DNA from: an uncultured delta proteobacterium
Lineage (GTDB): Bacteria > Myxococcota_A > Polyangia > Haliangiales > Haliangiaceae
Assembly: GCA_963759105.1 (NCBI GenBank)
Contig: CAVWXW010000004.1
Span: forward strand, 47,963 to 111,962
Direction: 5' to 3'
Length of the DNA: 64,000 nucleotides
In this document: positions 32,553 to 50,898 of the stretch, one piece after another
Layout of the letters: every line of letters begins with the position of its first letter
Position numbering within the stretch: position 1 is the stretch's first letter
Made by a program: the position numbers and the translations under genes
Notes under the pieces: generated by a model
What the model was told of the DNA's origin: nothing
Seen by the model: the letters and a program-made list of their open reading frames with translations, nothing else
The model's database searches: none

Positions 32553-32954
32553 GGGAAGCCTCCTCCTGCGCCGATGCCGTCGGCTTTCGGGCGGGCGGCC
32601 TCGTCTATCTGGAGGACTGGGCCGCGCCGCGGTCTGGTGTGTTCCTGATCGTCGTGGGAAAAGTGGCGTCGAGGGATCGGAGCGCCGACGGGAGGGCGCC
32701 GGGTCTTCCAGGATCGCAGCGGCGATCCCGGTCGAGACCGGCACGCTCACGCGTCGCGGCCCCGCTCGCGATGCAGATGACTGCGGGCCGACACGCGGAC
32801 CGGGCGGCGGTCGCCGCGTCGATGGCCGCCCGTTGCGTGTGCCGGCGCGAGTCGCCGGATGGCGTGCGGGTCGCCTGACCGGGACTACCGATCAAGCGAG
32901 AGGCACCCCGATCCCTCTCGGCCGAGTGGCCTTTTTGGGGCGGCCAGGCCCATC

Positions 32955-33037
32955 CCAGGTTAATAGCCCGGTGCTCTACCGCTGAGCTACATGGAGCGGG
33001 CTCCATGGAGGGAATCGAACCCTCGGCTTCCAGGTTG
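32955..33037 (-). tRNA. tRNA remnant in permuted order: the 3' half (33037-33000) directly precedes the 5' half (32997-32955) of an Asn-like tRNA
   Basis: Minus strand: AACCTGGAAGCCGAGGGTTCGATTCCCTCCATGGAGC-C-CGCTCCATGTAGCTCAGCGGTAGAGCACCGGGCTATTAACCTGG. The two halves share AACCTGG. The anticodon loop CTATTAA is Asn-like (CTGTTAA) with one difference. Confidence 0.5.
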
Positions 33038-33197
33038 GCTGGTCGTCGTGCGCGTCTGGATCCGCGGCCACCGGTTTCAGGCGGCGGTCGCAGCACCAGC
33101 GTGGAGCCGATCACCGGACACGCCGCGGAGACCGCGTGCAGCAGTCCGCGCCGTGCGGCGTCGCGCTGGCGCCCAGACTTTCATCGCGCGCAACGGT

Positions 33198-33270
33198 CGG
33201 TACGGGGGGATTCGAACCCACCACTTGTCCGGGTTTGGGCCGGATGCCTCTTCCAGTTGGGCCACGTACC
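33198..33270 (-). tRNA. tRNA-like gene, anticodon uncertain (CAA or CCA region)
   Basis: GGTACGTGGCCCAACTGGAAGAGGCATCCGGCCCAAACCCGGACAAGTGGTGGGTTCGAATCCCCCCGTACC. Has a T-loop GGTTCGAATCC and a GGTACG/CGTACC acceptor. Confidence 0.4.
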
Positions 33271-33275
33271 GCATC

Positions 33276-33346
33276 GGCACCACCGAGCAGGATCGAACTG
33301 CTTCACCGAGGTTCGGAGCCCCGGGCCGCGATCCACGCGCGGTGGC
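33276..33346 (-). tRNA. tRNA-Arg (anticodon CCG)-like
   Basis: GCCACCGCGCGTGGATCGCGGCCCGGGGCTCCGAACCTCGGTGAAGCAGTTCGATCCTGCTCGGTGGTGCC. Anticodon stem-loop CGGGG-CTCCGAA-CCTCG. T-arm GCAGTTCGATCCTGC. The D-arm is short, possibly because of indels. Confidence 0.5.
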
Positions 33347-33424
33347 AGAGAGACCGCCCCGGGTAACGCTCCCGGTTCTTCGAGGGTTGCAGCCCCGAGC
33401 CAGCCCTTGCTGGTGACGGCCGAG

Positions 33425-33499
33425 TGGTGGAAGCGAAGGGAATCGAACCCTCATCGCTCGGATGCGAGCCGAGTGCTCTCCCGTTGAGCTACACCCCCA
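33425..33499 (-). tRNA. tRNA-Ala (anticodon CGC)-like, with an encoded CCA
   Basis: GGGGGTGTAGCTCAACGGGAGAGCACTCGGCTCGCATCCGAGCGATGAGGGTTCGATTCCCTTCGCTTCCACCA. The D-arm, the anticodon loop CTCGCAT and the T-arm are good. The acceptor strands do not pair, which may be a sequence error. Confidence 0.45.
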
Positions 33500-33508
33500 C
33501 GAGTCGGT

Positions 33509-33597
33509 TGGCGGAAGCGACAGGAGTTGAACCTGCAAGGCCGCAAAGCTCGTCCGAGTTCGAATCGGGTGCCATCACCACGTTGGCTTGCGCTTCC
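33509..33597 (-). tRNA. tRNA-Ser (anticodon CGA), class II
   Basis: GGAAGCGCAAGCCAACGTGGTGATGGCACCCGATTCGAACTCGGACGAGCTTTGCGGCCTTGCAGGTTCAACTCCTGTCGCTTCCGCCA. Acceptor GGAAGCG/CGCTTCC. Long variable arm. Encoded CCA. Confidence 0.75.
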
Positions 33598-33717
33598 ACG
33601 TCACTGCTATTCGAATGTCATAGATCTCTGTGGTTAACTGCCGCGCCGCTCACCCTCGCCCGTCGGGGCACGCGTGTCGCGAACGCAGCTGTCTCGAAGG
33701 ACACACGTGTGGCGTCG

Positions 33718-33788
33718 TGGGGGCAGAAGGACTTGAACCCTCGTGCAAGCGCTTTACAGGCGCGGCAACCAGCCCGTGGTGTGCCCCC
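33718..33788 (-). tRNA. tRNA-Tyr (anticodon GTA)-like, lacking the long variable arm
   Basis: GGGGGCACACCACGGGCTGGTTGCCGCGCCTGTAAAGCGCTTGCACGAGGGTTCAAGTCCTTCTGCCCCCA. Acceptor GGGGGCA/TGCCCCC. Anticodon loop CTGTAAA. T-loop GGTTCAAGTCC. Confidence 0.45.
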
Positions 33789-33826
33789 GAAAAGAAGAAA
33801 GCCGCCCGAGGTTGGCCTGGGGCGGC
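33789..33826 (-). terminator. rho-independent terminator after zwf (end of the pentose-phosphate operon)
   Basis: Minus strand: GCCGCCC-cagg-ccaacctc-GGGCGGC followed by TTTCTTCTTTT. Confidence 0.6.
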
Positions 33827-34102
33827 TCGATCTCGGTCTGTTCAACAGCCACTACATGGCCGCCCCATTCTGCGCTTCTCGGGCCCGCGATGCGTTTCGA
33901 TAGAGACAACTGGCAGATAGCGCGCACCTGGACCCGACGGCGGGCAAGCGGACTTGCGCCGGTGAGGTCGAGGCGAGCGATATGCGGTGCATTCGGGTCA
34001 TGGTTCGAGCGTCGAGTTCAACGATCATAACAGCAGTCGGTTCTCATCGACAGAACTTTTTGGCCGGCACCGTCGATGATCGTCAATCCGCCGTTGACGA
34101 AG

Positions 34103-35639
<1,537 letters not shown>

Positions 35640-35642
<3 letters not shown>

Positions 35643-36614
35643 CACTTCGGCTCCACGTGGCCGCCGAACTGCTTGCGCATGGCGGACAGCAGCTTCTCGC
35701 CGAAGTTCTGCTGCTGGCGCGAGCGGAAGCGGGTGTAGAGCGACGCGGTCAGCACGTCGGCCGGCACCTCCTCGTCGATGGCGGCCTGCACCGTCCAGCG
35801 GCCCTCGCCCGAGTCCTGCACCTGGCCGGTGAAGCCGGCGAGATCCGGATCCGCGGCCAGCGCGATGCTGGTCAGGTCGAGCAGCCAGCTGCTCGACCAC
35901 GCTGGCGCGCCGCCACAGCTCGGCGATGTCGGGCAGGTCGAGCTCGTAGCGCAGCTCGGCCGGAAGCGAGGGCGACCTCGCGTTGCGCAGGATGTCGAAC
36001 CCCTCGGCGTACGCCTGCATGAGGCCGTACTCGATGCCGTTGTGGATCATCTTGACGAAGTGGCCGGCGCCGACCGGCCCGCAGTGGAGGTAGCCCTGGT
36101 CGGCGGTGCCCTCGCCGTCGCGGCCCGGGGTGGCCGGGATCTCGCCGCGCCCCGGCGCCAGCGTGCGCAGCACCGGTTCGATACGGTCGACCGCCTCCTT
36201 CGGCCCGCCCACCATCAGGCAATAGCCGCGCTGCGCGCCCCAGACGCCGCCGCTGGTCCCGGCATCGACGTAATGGATGCCGCGCCGGCCGGCGTCGCGC
36301 GCGCGGCGCACGTCGTCCTTGAAGTACGAGTTTCCGCCGTCGATGATCGTGTCGCCCGGCTTGAGCGTCTCGGCCAGCGATGCCACCGTCTCCTCGGTGG
36401 CGGCGCCGGAGGGCACCATCACCCAGACCGCGCGCGGCGCGGCCAGTCGCTCGATGAGCTCGTCGAGGCTGCTGGCGGCGACGGCGCCCTCCGCGCGCAG
36501 CGCGGCCACCGCGTCCGGGTTGCGATCATGCACCACCACCTGGTGGCCGCCCTTCATCAGGCGCCGGGCCATGTTCGCACCCATCCGGCCGAGACCGATC
36601 ATTCCGATCTGCAT
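35640..36614 (-). CDS. gnd: 6-phosphogluconate dehydrogenase (decarboxylating), short NAD-binding form; C-terminal frameshift
   Basis: [19 protein letters not shown]...[12 protein letters not shown]...[19 protein letters not shown]...[25 protein letters not shown]. Confidence 0.8.
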
Positions 36615-36628
36615 CGTGGACTCCCTCC

Positions 36629-37750
36629 TCAGCGCGCGATCGCCGCGCGCCGCTTCTCGACGGTCTGCAGCAGCGACTCGAACGAGCGGGCGAACGAGGC
36701 CACGCCGTCCTCCTCGAGCTTCTGCGTCACCTTCGCCATGTCGACCCCGGCGCGCGCCAGGTCGGCCATCACCGCGCGCGCCTGGTCGAGGCCTTCGGTC
36801 AGGCGCGGCTCCGGCCGCCCGTGATCCTTGTACGCCACGACCGTCTGCGGCGGCATCGTGTCAACCGTGTCGCGGCCGATCAGCGCCTCGACGTAGTAGA
36901 CGTCCGGATAGGCCGGGTTCTTTGTCGACGTGCTGGCCCACAGCGGGCGCTGCACGCGGGCGCCGGCCCTGGCCAGCTCCGCCCACTGCGGCCCGGCGAA
37001 CCTCTCGAGGAAGAGCTGATAGGCGAGCTTCGCATTGGCGATGGCGGCCTTGCCGCGCAGCGCCTCGAGCGCGGCGCGGTCGCCGCCGGCGCGGATGCGC
37101 TCCTCGAGCAGCGCGTCGGCCGCCGTGTCCACGCGCGAGACGAAGAAGCTCGCCACGGACGAGATGCCGGACACATCCTGGCCGGCTGCGACGCGCCTCC
37201 TGATGCCGGCCTGGTAGGCGTCGATGACCTCGGCGTAGCGCTCGAGCGAGAAGATGAGCGTCACGTTGATCGACAGGCCGTCGGCGATGCTGCGCTCGAT
37301 CGCCTTCACCCCGGCCTTGGTGGCCGGAATCTTGACCAGGAGGTTGGGACGCTCGACCGCGCGCCACAGGCGCTGCGCCTCGGCGATGGTCTTGTCGGTG
37401 TCGCCGGCGAAGACCGGGTTGACCTCGATGCTGACGTGGCCGTCGGCGCCGCCGGTGCGGGTGAAGACCGGGCGGAACACGTCCGCGGCGGCGCGGATGT
37501 CCTCGATGGCGAGCGCGTCGAAGATCTCCTCGGCGCTCTTGCCGGCCTTCGCCAGCCGGCCCAGCGCGTCGTCATAGTCGCTGCTCTTGCCGATGGCTTG
37601 CTCGAAGATCGTGGGATTGGACGTCAGCCCGGTGATGTCGCCGTCCTCCACCATGCGTTGCAGCGCGCCGCTGGTGAGCAGGCCGCGCTGGATGTTGTCG
37701 AACCAGGGGGATTGACCGAACCGCTGCAGGGCCTGTAGTGGGCTTTCCAT
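36629..37750 (-). CDS. tal: transaldolase
   Basis: [28 protein letters not shown]...[13 protein letters not shown]...VSIEVNP...[11 protein letters not shown]; 373 aa, intact. Confidence 0.9.
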   Translation of the reverse strand: MESPLQALQRFGQSPWFDNIQRGLLTSGALQRMVEDGDITGLTSNPTIFEQAIGKSSDYDDALGRLAKAGKSAEEIFDALAIEDIRAAADVFRPVFTRTGGADGHVSIEVNPVFAGDTDKTIAEAQRLWRAVERPNLLVKIPATKAGVKAIERSIADGLSINVTLIFSLERYAEVIDAYQAGIRRRVAAGQDVSGISSVASFFVSRVDTAADALLEERIRAGGDRAALEALRGKAAIANAKLAYQLFLERFAGPQWAELARAGARVQRPLWASTSTKNPAYPDVYYVEALIGRDTVDTMPPQTVVAYKDHGRPEPRLTEGLDQARAVMADLARAGVDMAKVTQKLEEDGVASFARSFESLLQTVEKRRAAIAR

Positions 37751-37753
37751 CTC

Positions 37754-40430
<2,677 letters not shown>

Positions 40431-40439
40431 CCGTCACGC

Positions 40440-42490
40440 GCGCGGGAGCCGCACCGGCTGGCGCGGCGGACTCCACGCGCACCGGGGCCGCGCCCGCGCG
40501 TGATGTCCCACCGGACTCCGCGCGCGGTGCCTCGCCCGCCCGTGCCGGCGGACGGCTGGCCGCACGGCCGGACAGCACGCGCGCAGGCGCCTCGCCCGGG
40601 CCGCCCGGGCGCCCTGGGCCGCCCAGCCGCGGCGGCACGCGCCCGATCACGTCGGTGACGTAGCGCTCGATGCCTGCCATGAAGGTGGCCAGGTCTCCCT
40701 CGCCGCGCTCGATCTGCTGCAGCCGCGCCTCCCACTGGCCGGTCATGGCCGGGCTCTTCACGTCCGGGTTGACCGCCTCGACGAGGCCGATGCCGAGGTC
40801 GGTCGCCTCGAGGGCCTTCTCGCGCCGCTCCATGTACTTGCGCGCCAGCAGAGTCTCGATGATCTGCGCCCGCGTGGCCGGCGTGCCCAGGCCGCACTCG
40901 CGCATCGCGTCGGACAGCTCCTTGTCGTCGAGGGCCTTGCCGGCCGTCTCCATCGCTGTCAGCAGGGTTGCGTCGGTGAAGCGGGGCGGCGGGCGGGTGC
41001 GCTTCTTGACCGCCTCGGCGTCGACCACCCGCTGGGGCTGCCCGCGCTCGAGCCCGGACGGCAGCGGCTGGCGCGACTGATCGTCGTCGGCGCCCGCCGC
41101 CCCCGACTTCGCGCCCTCGACGCGCGGCCGCGGCGGCCGTGGCTCCCCGCCCACGTCGAGCACCTTCCATCCCGGCTCGCGCACCGCCGACCCGGCGGAG
41201 TGATAGCGGTCGACGATCGCGGGATGGCCCGCGGTCCGGATCTCGGTGACCACTGTCGTCGCGTCCCACACGAAGTCGCCGTGCCAGGCGGCCAGCAGGC
41301 GGCGGCAGACGAGGTCGTGGATGCGCCGCTCGTCCGACGAAAGCGCCCGGCCGACCGGCGACTCCGCCGTCGGGATGAGCGCGTGGTGATCGGTGACCTT
41401 GCCGTCGTCGACGAAGCGGCGCGACAGCGGACGCTCTCCGGTGCCCGGCGCCAGCCGATCCTCGTAGTCGGCGCGAATCGCCGCCACGACCTGCGGCAAG
41501 GTCGCGGCGACCTCGGCCGAAAGGTGGCGGCTGCCGGTTCGCGGATAGCTCAGCAGCTTGTGCCGCTCGTACAGCGCCTGGGCCGCCTCGAGCGTGCGCT
41601 GGGCCGAGAGCCCGTACAGCCGGTTGGCGTGCCGCTGCAGCTCGGTCAGATCGTAGAGCAGGGCGGCGGCATGCGCTTGACCTGCGAGTCGAGCGACGCG
41701 ATGCGCGCCTCGCCGGCCAGCGCCCGCGCCACCACCGCGGCCGCCTCCTCGCCGCCCGGTGGAAGCCGGCGCGCCTCCAGCTTGCCCTCGGCGCACAGGC
41801 GCCCCTGGTAGGTCGCGCCATCGCGCGGCGAGAAGGTCGCCACCACCTCCAGGTAGTCCTCGGGCACGAAGTTGCGGATGGCCAGCTCGCGCTCCACGAC
41901 CATGGCCAGGGTCGGCGTCTGCACCCGACCCACCGAAAGCGGCAAGTCCAGCGCCAGACCGTAGGCGCGCGAGAGGTTCATCCCGACCAGCCAGTCGGCC
42001 TGGCTGCGCCCGCGCGCCGCGTCGGCCAGCGGGTCGTAGTCGGCGCCGTCGCGCAGCCTGCGGAAGCCCTCGCGGATGGCACCGTCGGTGAGCGAGGAGA
42101 TCCACAGCCGCCGCACCGGCTTGCTGCACCCGGCCGCCTCGTACAGGTAGCGGAAGATGAGCTCCCCCTCGCGGCCCGCGTCCGTCGCGCACACGATGCC
42201 CCGCACGCTCGGATCGGTGAGCAGCCGCCGCGCCACCTCGAACTGGCCGCGGTTCTGCTCCAGCACCACCAGCGGCCAGCTGCTCGGCAGCATGGGCAGG
42301 AGGTCGCGACGCCACCGCTTCCACTCCGGCCGGATCTGGTGCGGCTCGGCCAGCCCGACCAGATGCCCGACCGCCCAGGTCACCACGTAGCCATTGCCGG
42401 ACAGGGTGCCGGCGCCGCGCCCGGTCGCCCCGAGCACGCGCGCGATGTCGCGCGCCATCGACGGCTTCTCCGCCACCACCGCGACCGTCG
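40440..42490 (-). CDS. topB: DNA topoisomerase III (frameshifted)
   Basis: VAVVAEKPSMARDIARVLG (Toprim start). WAVGHLVGLAEP. GRVQTPTLAMVVERELAIRNF. Other frame: LYDLTELQRHANRLYGLSAQRTLEAAQALYERHKLLSYPRTGSRHLS (active-site Tyr region)...MRECGLGTPATRAQIIETLLARKYMERREKAL. Confidence 0.85.
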
Positions 42491-42520
42491 CGCCGCGGCC
42501 GCCGCCTCCGCCGCCCGACC

Positions 42521-43730
42521 TCACGGTTCCCCCGCGATGCGCACGCCCGCCAGCCGGTTGACCCGCTCCAGCACGGCCCGCGCGCTCATGACTCGCTTGT
42601 AGACGTAGAGCGCGCCCGGCAGGTCGTCGCCGAGCACCTGCTCGCTGACCCGCAGGCGCTCGCTCACCGCGAACAGGATCCGCTCGCCCAGGCCCGCCGC
42701 GACCAGCTCCACGCGGCGCCACACCGCCTGGCGGCTCCAGAAGCCCATGACCTCGAGATACACGCACTCGCCGGTGCCCTCGTGCTCGAACACGAGGTCC
42801 GGCACGCACAGCCCGACGCCAGGCAGGTCGAGGATCGCCCCGGCCGGCGCCGCCCGCCACGGCGTGTCGATCACGCGCAGCGCCTCGACCAGCGCGGCCA
42901 CCTCGTCGGGCAGGCGCGGCTCGCCGCCCGGACCGCCGTCCCCGCTCCCGCCCACGAGGCGAAACGCCAGCGGCGTGCGCGCCGCGCCCCAGCGCACCTC
43001 CGCGTTCAGCGAGAAGGCGTCGCACTCGCGCAGCGCGGGCAGCGCCAGGGCCAGCTGCAGGCCGTACTTGGTCACCGACTCGAACAGGCTGAACGGCCCG
43101 TCGATCTCGATCCGGTAGCCGCCGTCGGGGTGGCTCTCGATGCGGTGGAGCAGCCGCAGGAACTTGAGCTTGCGAAACAGCGCCCGGTACGCGCCCGGTG
43201 TCGCGCACTCGACATCGACGGTGACTCGCACCGCACGCAGGAGGACCGCCTGGGCCTGGGCCAGCTCGTACTCGGCGACCAGGCGCGCCGGCTCGATCGC
43301 CTCGATCCGCCGCAGCCGGTGCGCGCCCCGCAGATCCGCGTACAGCGCCGCCTCGAGATCGTCGGCCGCCATCGCCCGCCGCCGCGGCCACCGCCTCGAT
43401 GATCGCCTGGCGATCGAAGGTGCCGGCGCCGCGCGCCGCGCTCGCCGCCAGGAACACCTCGCGCCGCACCTCGGCCGGCTCGATCGAGGCCTCCGGGTCG
43501 AACTCGCACCGGTCCTCGACCAGCTTGCGGATGCCGTCGGCCAGCCGGCGCTCGGCCGGCTGCACGTCGATGCCGGCGCAGGCCTCGACGAACTCGTCGC
43601 GGCTGCGATCGACGTGGCCTTGCGCCACGTCCAGATAGCCAGCCGCCAGCTCGCCGGCCCGCGGACTGCCGCTTGCGCGTCCAGCGCCACGAGGCGCAGC
43701 TCCCCGCCCCGGCGCCGCGCGTTGACCAGA

Positions 43731-43744
<14 letters not shown>
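42521..43744 (-). CDS. DUF790-family protein (Bax1-like predicted nuclease partner of XPB helicase); N-terminal frameshift
   Basis: ...[68 protein letters not shown]...[21 protein letters not shown]. Overlaps the upstream helicase stop by 14 nt. Confidence 0.6.
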
Positions 43745-45029
<1,285 letters not shown>

Positions 45030-45365
45030 CAGAATCCGTCGTCTCCGGGAGCCCGCGGACTTCGAGCGTGCCGCTGGCGAACGCGAGCGACACCGCGTGC
45101 GCGGTCGCGGAGTGCATCCGGCGGAGTATCGACCCCGGCTCCGACACCCGGCTGGCCGGGCCCGGCCGTCCGACCAGCCGGACGCCGTCCGGCGGACGTC
45201 CGGGGTGTCGGACGAGCCGGCTCAGAGCTGTCGCAGTGTTGGCCAACGAAACGCTCATCGAGCACCTGCAAAGCAAGCGGCGCGCCGGGAACCGAACAGC
45301 AGATCCCGACGAAGCTGGCGTCCGGCGCCGCAGCCCGCACCATTCCCGGAGGAGGCACGACCGTG

Positions 45366-48080
<2,715 letters not shown>

Positions 48081-48101
<21 letters not shown>

Positions 48102-50028
48102 GTGGCTCGAGGCGGACGGCCTGGGCGGCTTTGCGTCCGGCACCGTCGGCGGCGTGCGTACGCGGCGCTACCACGCTCTGCTGCTGCACGCGACCCGGCC
48201 GCCGATCGGCCGCGTCGTGCTGGTCAACGGCTTCGATGCCTGGCTCGACACACCGGACGGCCACTTCGCGCTCAGCTCACAGCGCTACACGCCGGACGTG
48301 ACCGATCCGGACGGCGAGCGACGGCTGATCGACTTCGCGCGCGACCCGTGGCCGCGCTGGACCTACCGCACCGCCAGCGGCCTCGACGTGGTCCAGGAGC
48401 TGCTGGTTCTGCGCGGCGCGCCGGCCGCGATGCTGTCGTGGCGGCTGGTCGATCGCCGCGAGGGCGTCAGGCTCTCGCTGCGGCCCTTGCTGTCCGGGCG
48501 CGACGCGCACGCCACCCATCACGAGAACGGTGCCTTCCGCTTCGACGCCGACATCGGCGACGGACGCGTGGCGTGGCGCCCGTATCTCGACCTGCCCCGC
48601 ATCGTGAGCGCATCGAACGGGGCCTACACGCACGAGCCGCTCTGGTATCGCAACTTCCAGTACGACGAGGAGCGAGCGCGCGGGCTCGACTTCGTCGAGG
48701 ACCTTGCGTCGCCGGGGCTGCTGCGCTGGGACCTGGCCCGCGGCGAGGCGGTGTGGATCGTCGCCGCCGACGGGGCGTACGCCGAGAGACTGATGGCAGG
48801 CGCGGCCGCGACCGACTGCCTGGCCGAGGCGCGACGATCCGAGCGCCAGCGCCGCGGCCGCTTCGCCTCGCCGCTCGAGCGCGCCGCCGAGGACTACATC
48901 GTGCGGCGCGGCGACGGGACCACCATCGTCGCCGGCTACCCGTGGTTCTCCGACTGGGGGCGCGACACCTTCATCTCGCTGCGCGGCCTGTGCATCGCGA
49001 CCGGACGGCTCGACGACGCGCGGCGCATCCTGGTCGAGTGGGCTGGCGCCGTCTCCGGGGGCATGCTGCCCAACTACTTCCCGGAGGGCGGACAGGCGCC
49101 GGAGTACAACTCGGCGGACGCGTCGCTGTGGTTCATCGTCGCGGTCCACGATCTGCTGCTCGCCGCGCGCGACGGCGGGGTGCCGGTTGCCGATCGGCGC
49201 GCGCTGGAGGCCGCGGTCGAGGCGATCCTGACCGGCCACGCCGGCGGCACGCGCCACGGCATCGTCGCCGCCGACGACGGCCTGCTCGCCGCCGGCGAGC
49301 CGGGCTGGCAGCTGACCTGGATGGACGCGCGGGTCGACGGGCGCGTCATCACGCCCCGCATCGGCAAGCCGGTCGAGGTGCAGGCGCTGTGGATCAACGC
49401 GCTCCGCATCGGGGCGCAGCTCTCGGCCCGGTGGAGCCCCCTGTTCGAGCGGGCCCGCGAGTCCTTCCTGCGCCGCTTCTGGTGCGAGGAGCGCGGTCAT
49501 CTGTACGACGTCCTCGATGTCGACCACCGCGCCGGGGAGGTCGACGCCAGCCTGCGCCCCAACCAGATCTTCGCCGCCGGCGGGCTGCCCTACCCCGTGC
49601 TGGACGGCGAGCGCGCCCGGCGGGTCGTCGACCTCGTCGAGCAGCGGCTGTGGACGCCGATGGGCCTGCGCACCCTGGCGCCCGATCAGCCCGGCTACGC
49701 GCCTCGCTACCACGGCGGCGCCGCCGAGCGCGACGCGGCCTACCATCAGGGGACCGTGTGGCCGTGGCTGGCCGGGCCGTTCGTCGAGGCGTGGCTGCGC
49801 GCGCGCGGCGACACGCCTGCGTCACGCCGCGAGGCGCGCGCCCGCTTCCTCGCGCCGCTGCTCGCCCACCTGGAGGAATGCGGCCTCGGCCACGTCTCGG
49901 AGATCGCGGACGCCGAGCCGCCGCACACCCCGCGCGGCTGCCCGTTCCAGGCCTGGTCGGTCGGCGAGGCGCTGCGCCTGGATCTCGCGGTCCTGGCGGA
50001 CGATGATGACCGGCACCGCGCCGCCTAG
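48081..50028 (+). CDS. glycogen debranching enzyme (amylo-alpha-1,6-glucosidase, GDE_C family)
   Basis: [28 protein letters not shown]...[25 protein letters not shown]...[29 protein letters not shown]...[22 protein letters not shown]...[14 protein letters not shown]. Confidence 0.75.
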
Positions 50029-50047
50029 CTCCGAGGAGTCCTGATCC

Positions 50048-50632
50048 ATGACGATGACGACGACGACTGACTCGCGACCGCTCTCCATTCCGGTCATCCT
50101 CGGCACCTCGCGCAAGGGGCGCATGAGCGCCCACGCCGCCCGCTTCGTGACCGATGAGCTGCGCAAGCGCGACGGTGTGACGACCGAGCTGATCGACATC
50201 GCGGAGCTTTCCATGCCGGTGAACGACGCCGGCGAGGCGGTCAGGGACCCGCGCTTCGGCGAGGCGATGCTACACGCAGACGGCCTCGTCATCGTCGCGC
50301 CCGAGTACAACCATGGCTTCCCCGGGCTGCTCAAGCACGTCCTCGACAGCTGCCTGAAGGAGTACATCCACAAGCCGGCGGGCCTGGTCGGTGTGTCGTC
50401 CGGTTCCTTCGGGGGCACGCGCGTGATCCAGAGCTTCTTGCCGGTCCTGCGCGAGCTCGGCCTGGTGTCGATCTTCTGGGACGTGAACTTCGGCAACGTC
50501 GACTCGGTGTTCGCCGAGTCCGGCGAGCTGCTCGATCCAGCCTACGTGCGCCGGACCGACAAGTTTCTGGCGGAGCTGGTCTGGATGGCCAGGACGCTGC
50601 GCATGGGACGCGACTCGATCCCGCTCACCTGA
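50048..50632 (+). CDS. NAD(P)H-dependent FMN reductase family oxidoreductase
   Basis: IPVILGTSRKGRMSAHAARFV...LVIVAPEYNHGFPGLLKHVLD; 194 aa, intact. Confidence 0.75.
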   Translation: MTMTTTTDSRPLSIPVILGTSRKGRMSAHAARFVTDELRKRDGVTTELIDIAELSMPVNDAGEAVRDPRFGEAMLHADGLVIVAPEYNHGFPGLLKHVLDSCLKEYIHKPAGLVGVSSGSFGGTRVIQSFLPVLRELGLVSIFWDVNFGNVDSVFAESGELLDPAYVRRTDKFLAELVWMARTLRMGRDSIPLT

Positions 50633-50642
50633 GGAGGCTCCG

Positions 50643-50843
50643 ATGCCACGGCGCAAGAACGAGATGATCTGCCCGTACTGCGGCGCGACGATGAACCACC
50701 ACGCGGACAAGCTGGTTGACCCGATGTCGCCCGCCGAGGCGGCCGCCGTCGATCCGGCGCTGGGCGGCCTGATCGACGAGATGTTCTACTGCCCGTCATG
50801 CGGCAACTGCGAGTCGCGGCGCGCCGAGGCCGCCGGCGCCTGA
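50643..50843 (+). CDS. small zinc-ribbon protein (two CxxC pairs)
   Basis: MPRRKNEMICPYCGATMNHHADKLVDPMSPAEAAAVDPALGGLIDEMFYCPSCGNCESRRAEAAGA. Confidence 0.5.
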   Translation: MPRRKNEMICPYCGATMNHHADKLVDPMSPAEAAAVDPALGGLIDEMFYCPSCGNCESRRAEAAGA

Positions 50844-50898
50844 CGCCTGCCGCGGCGCCCGGCGTGATGCTCTTCGGAGACCCCTGGAGCCATGCCGG

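Noticed and set aside
33043-33160. Possible tRNA-Phe(GAA)-like gene (GGCTCCA...CTGAAAC...TGGAGCC)
   Set aside because: It would be about 118 nt with no D-arm and a 40-nt insertion. Only the acceptor complementarity and a GAA loop are present, which is not enough evidence.
36277-37203. 308-aa Arg/Pro/Ala-rich plus ORF
   Set aside because: It is antisense to the transaldolase gene and is low complexity.
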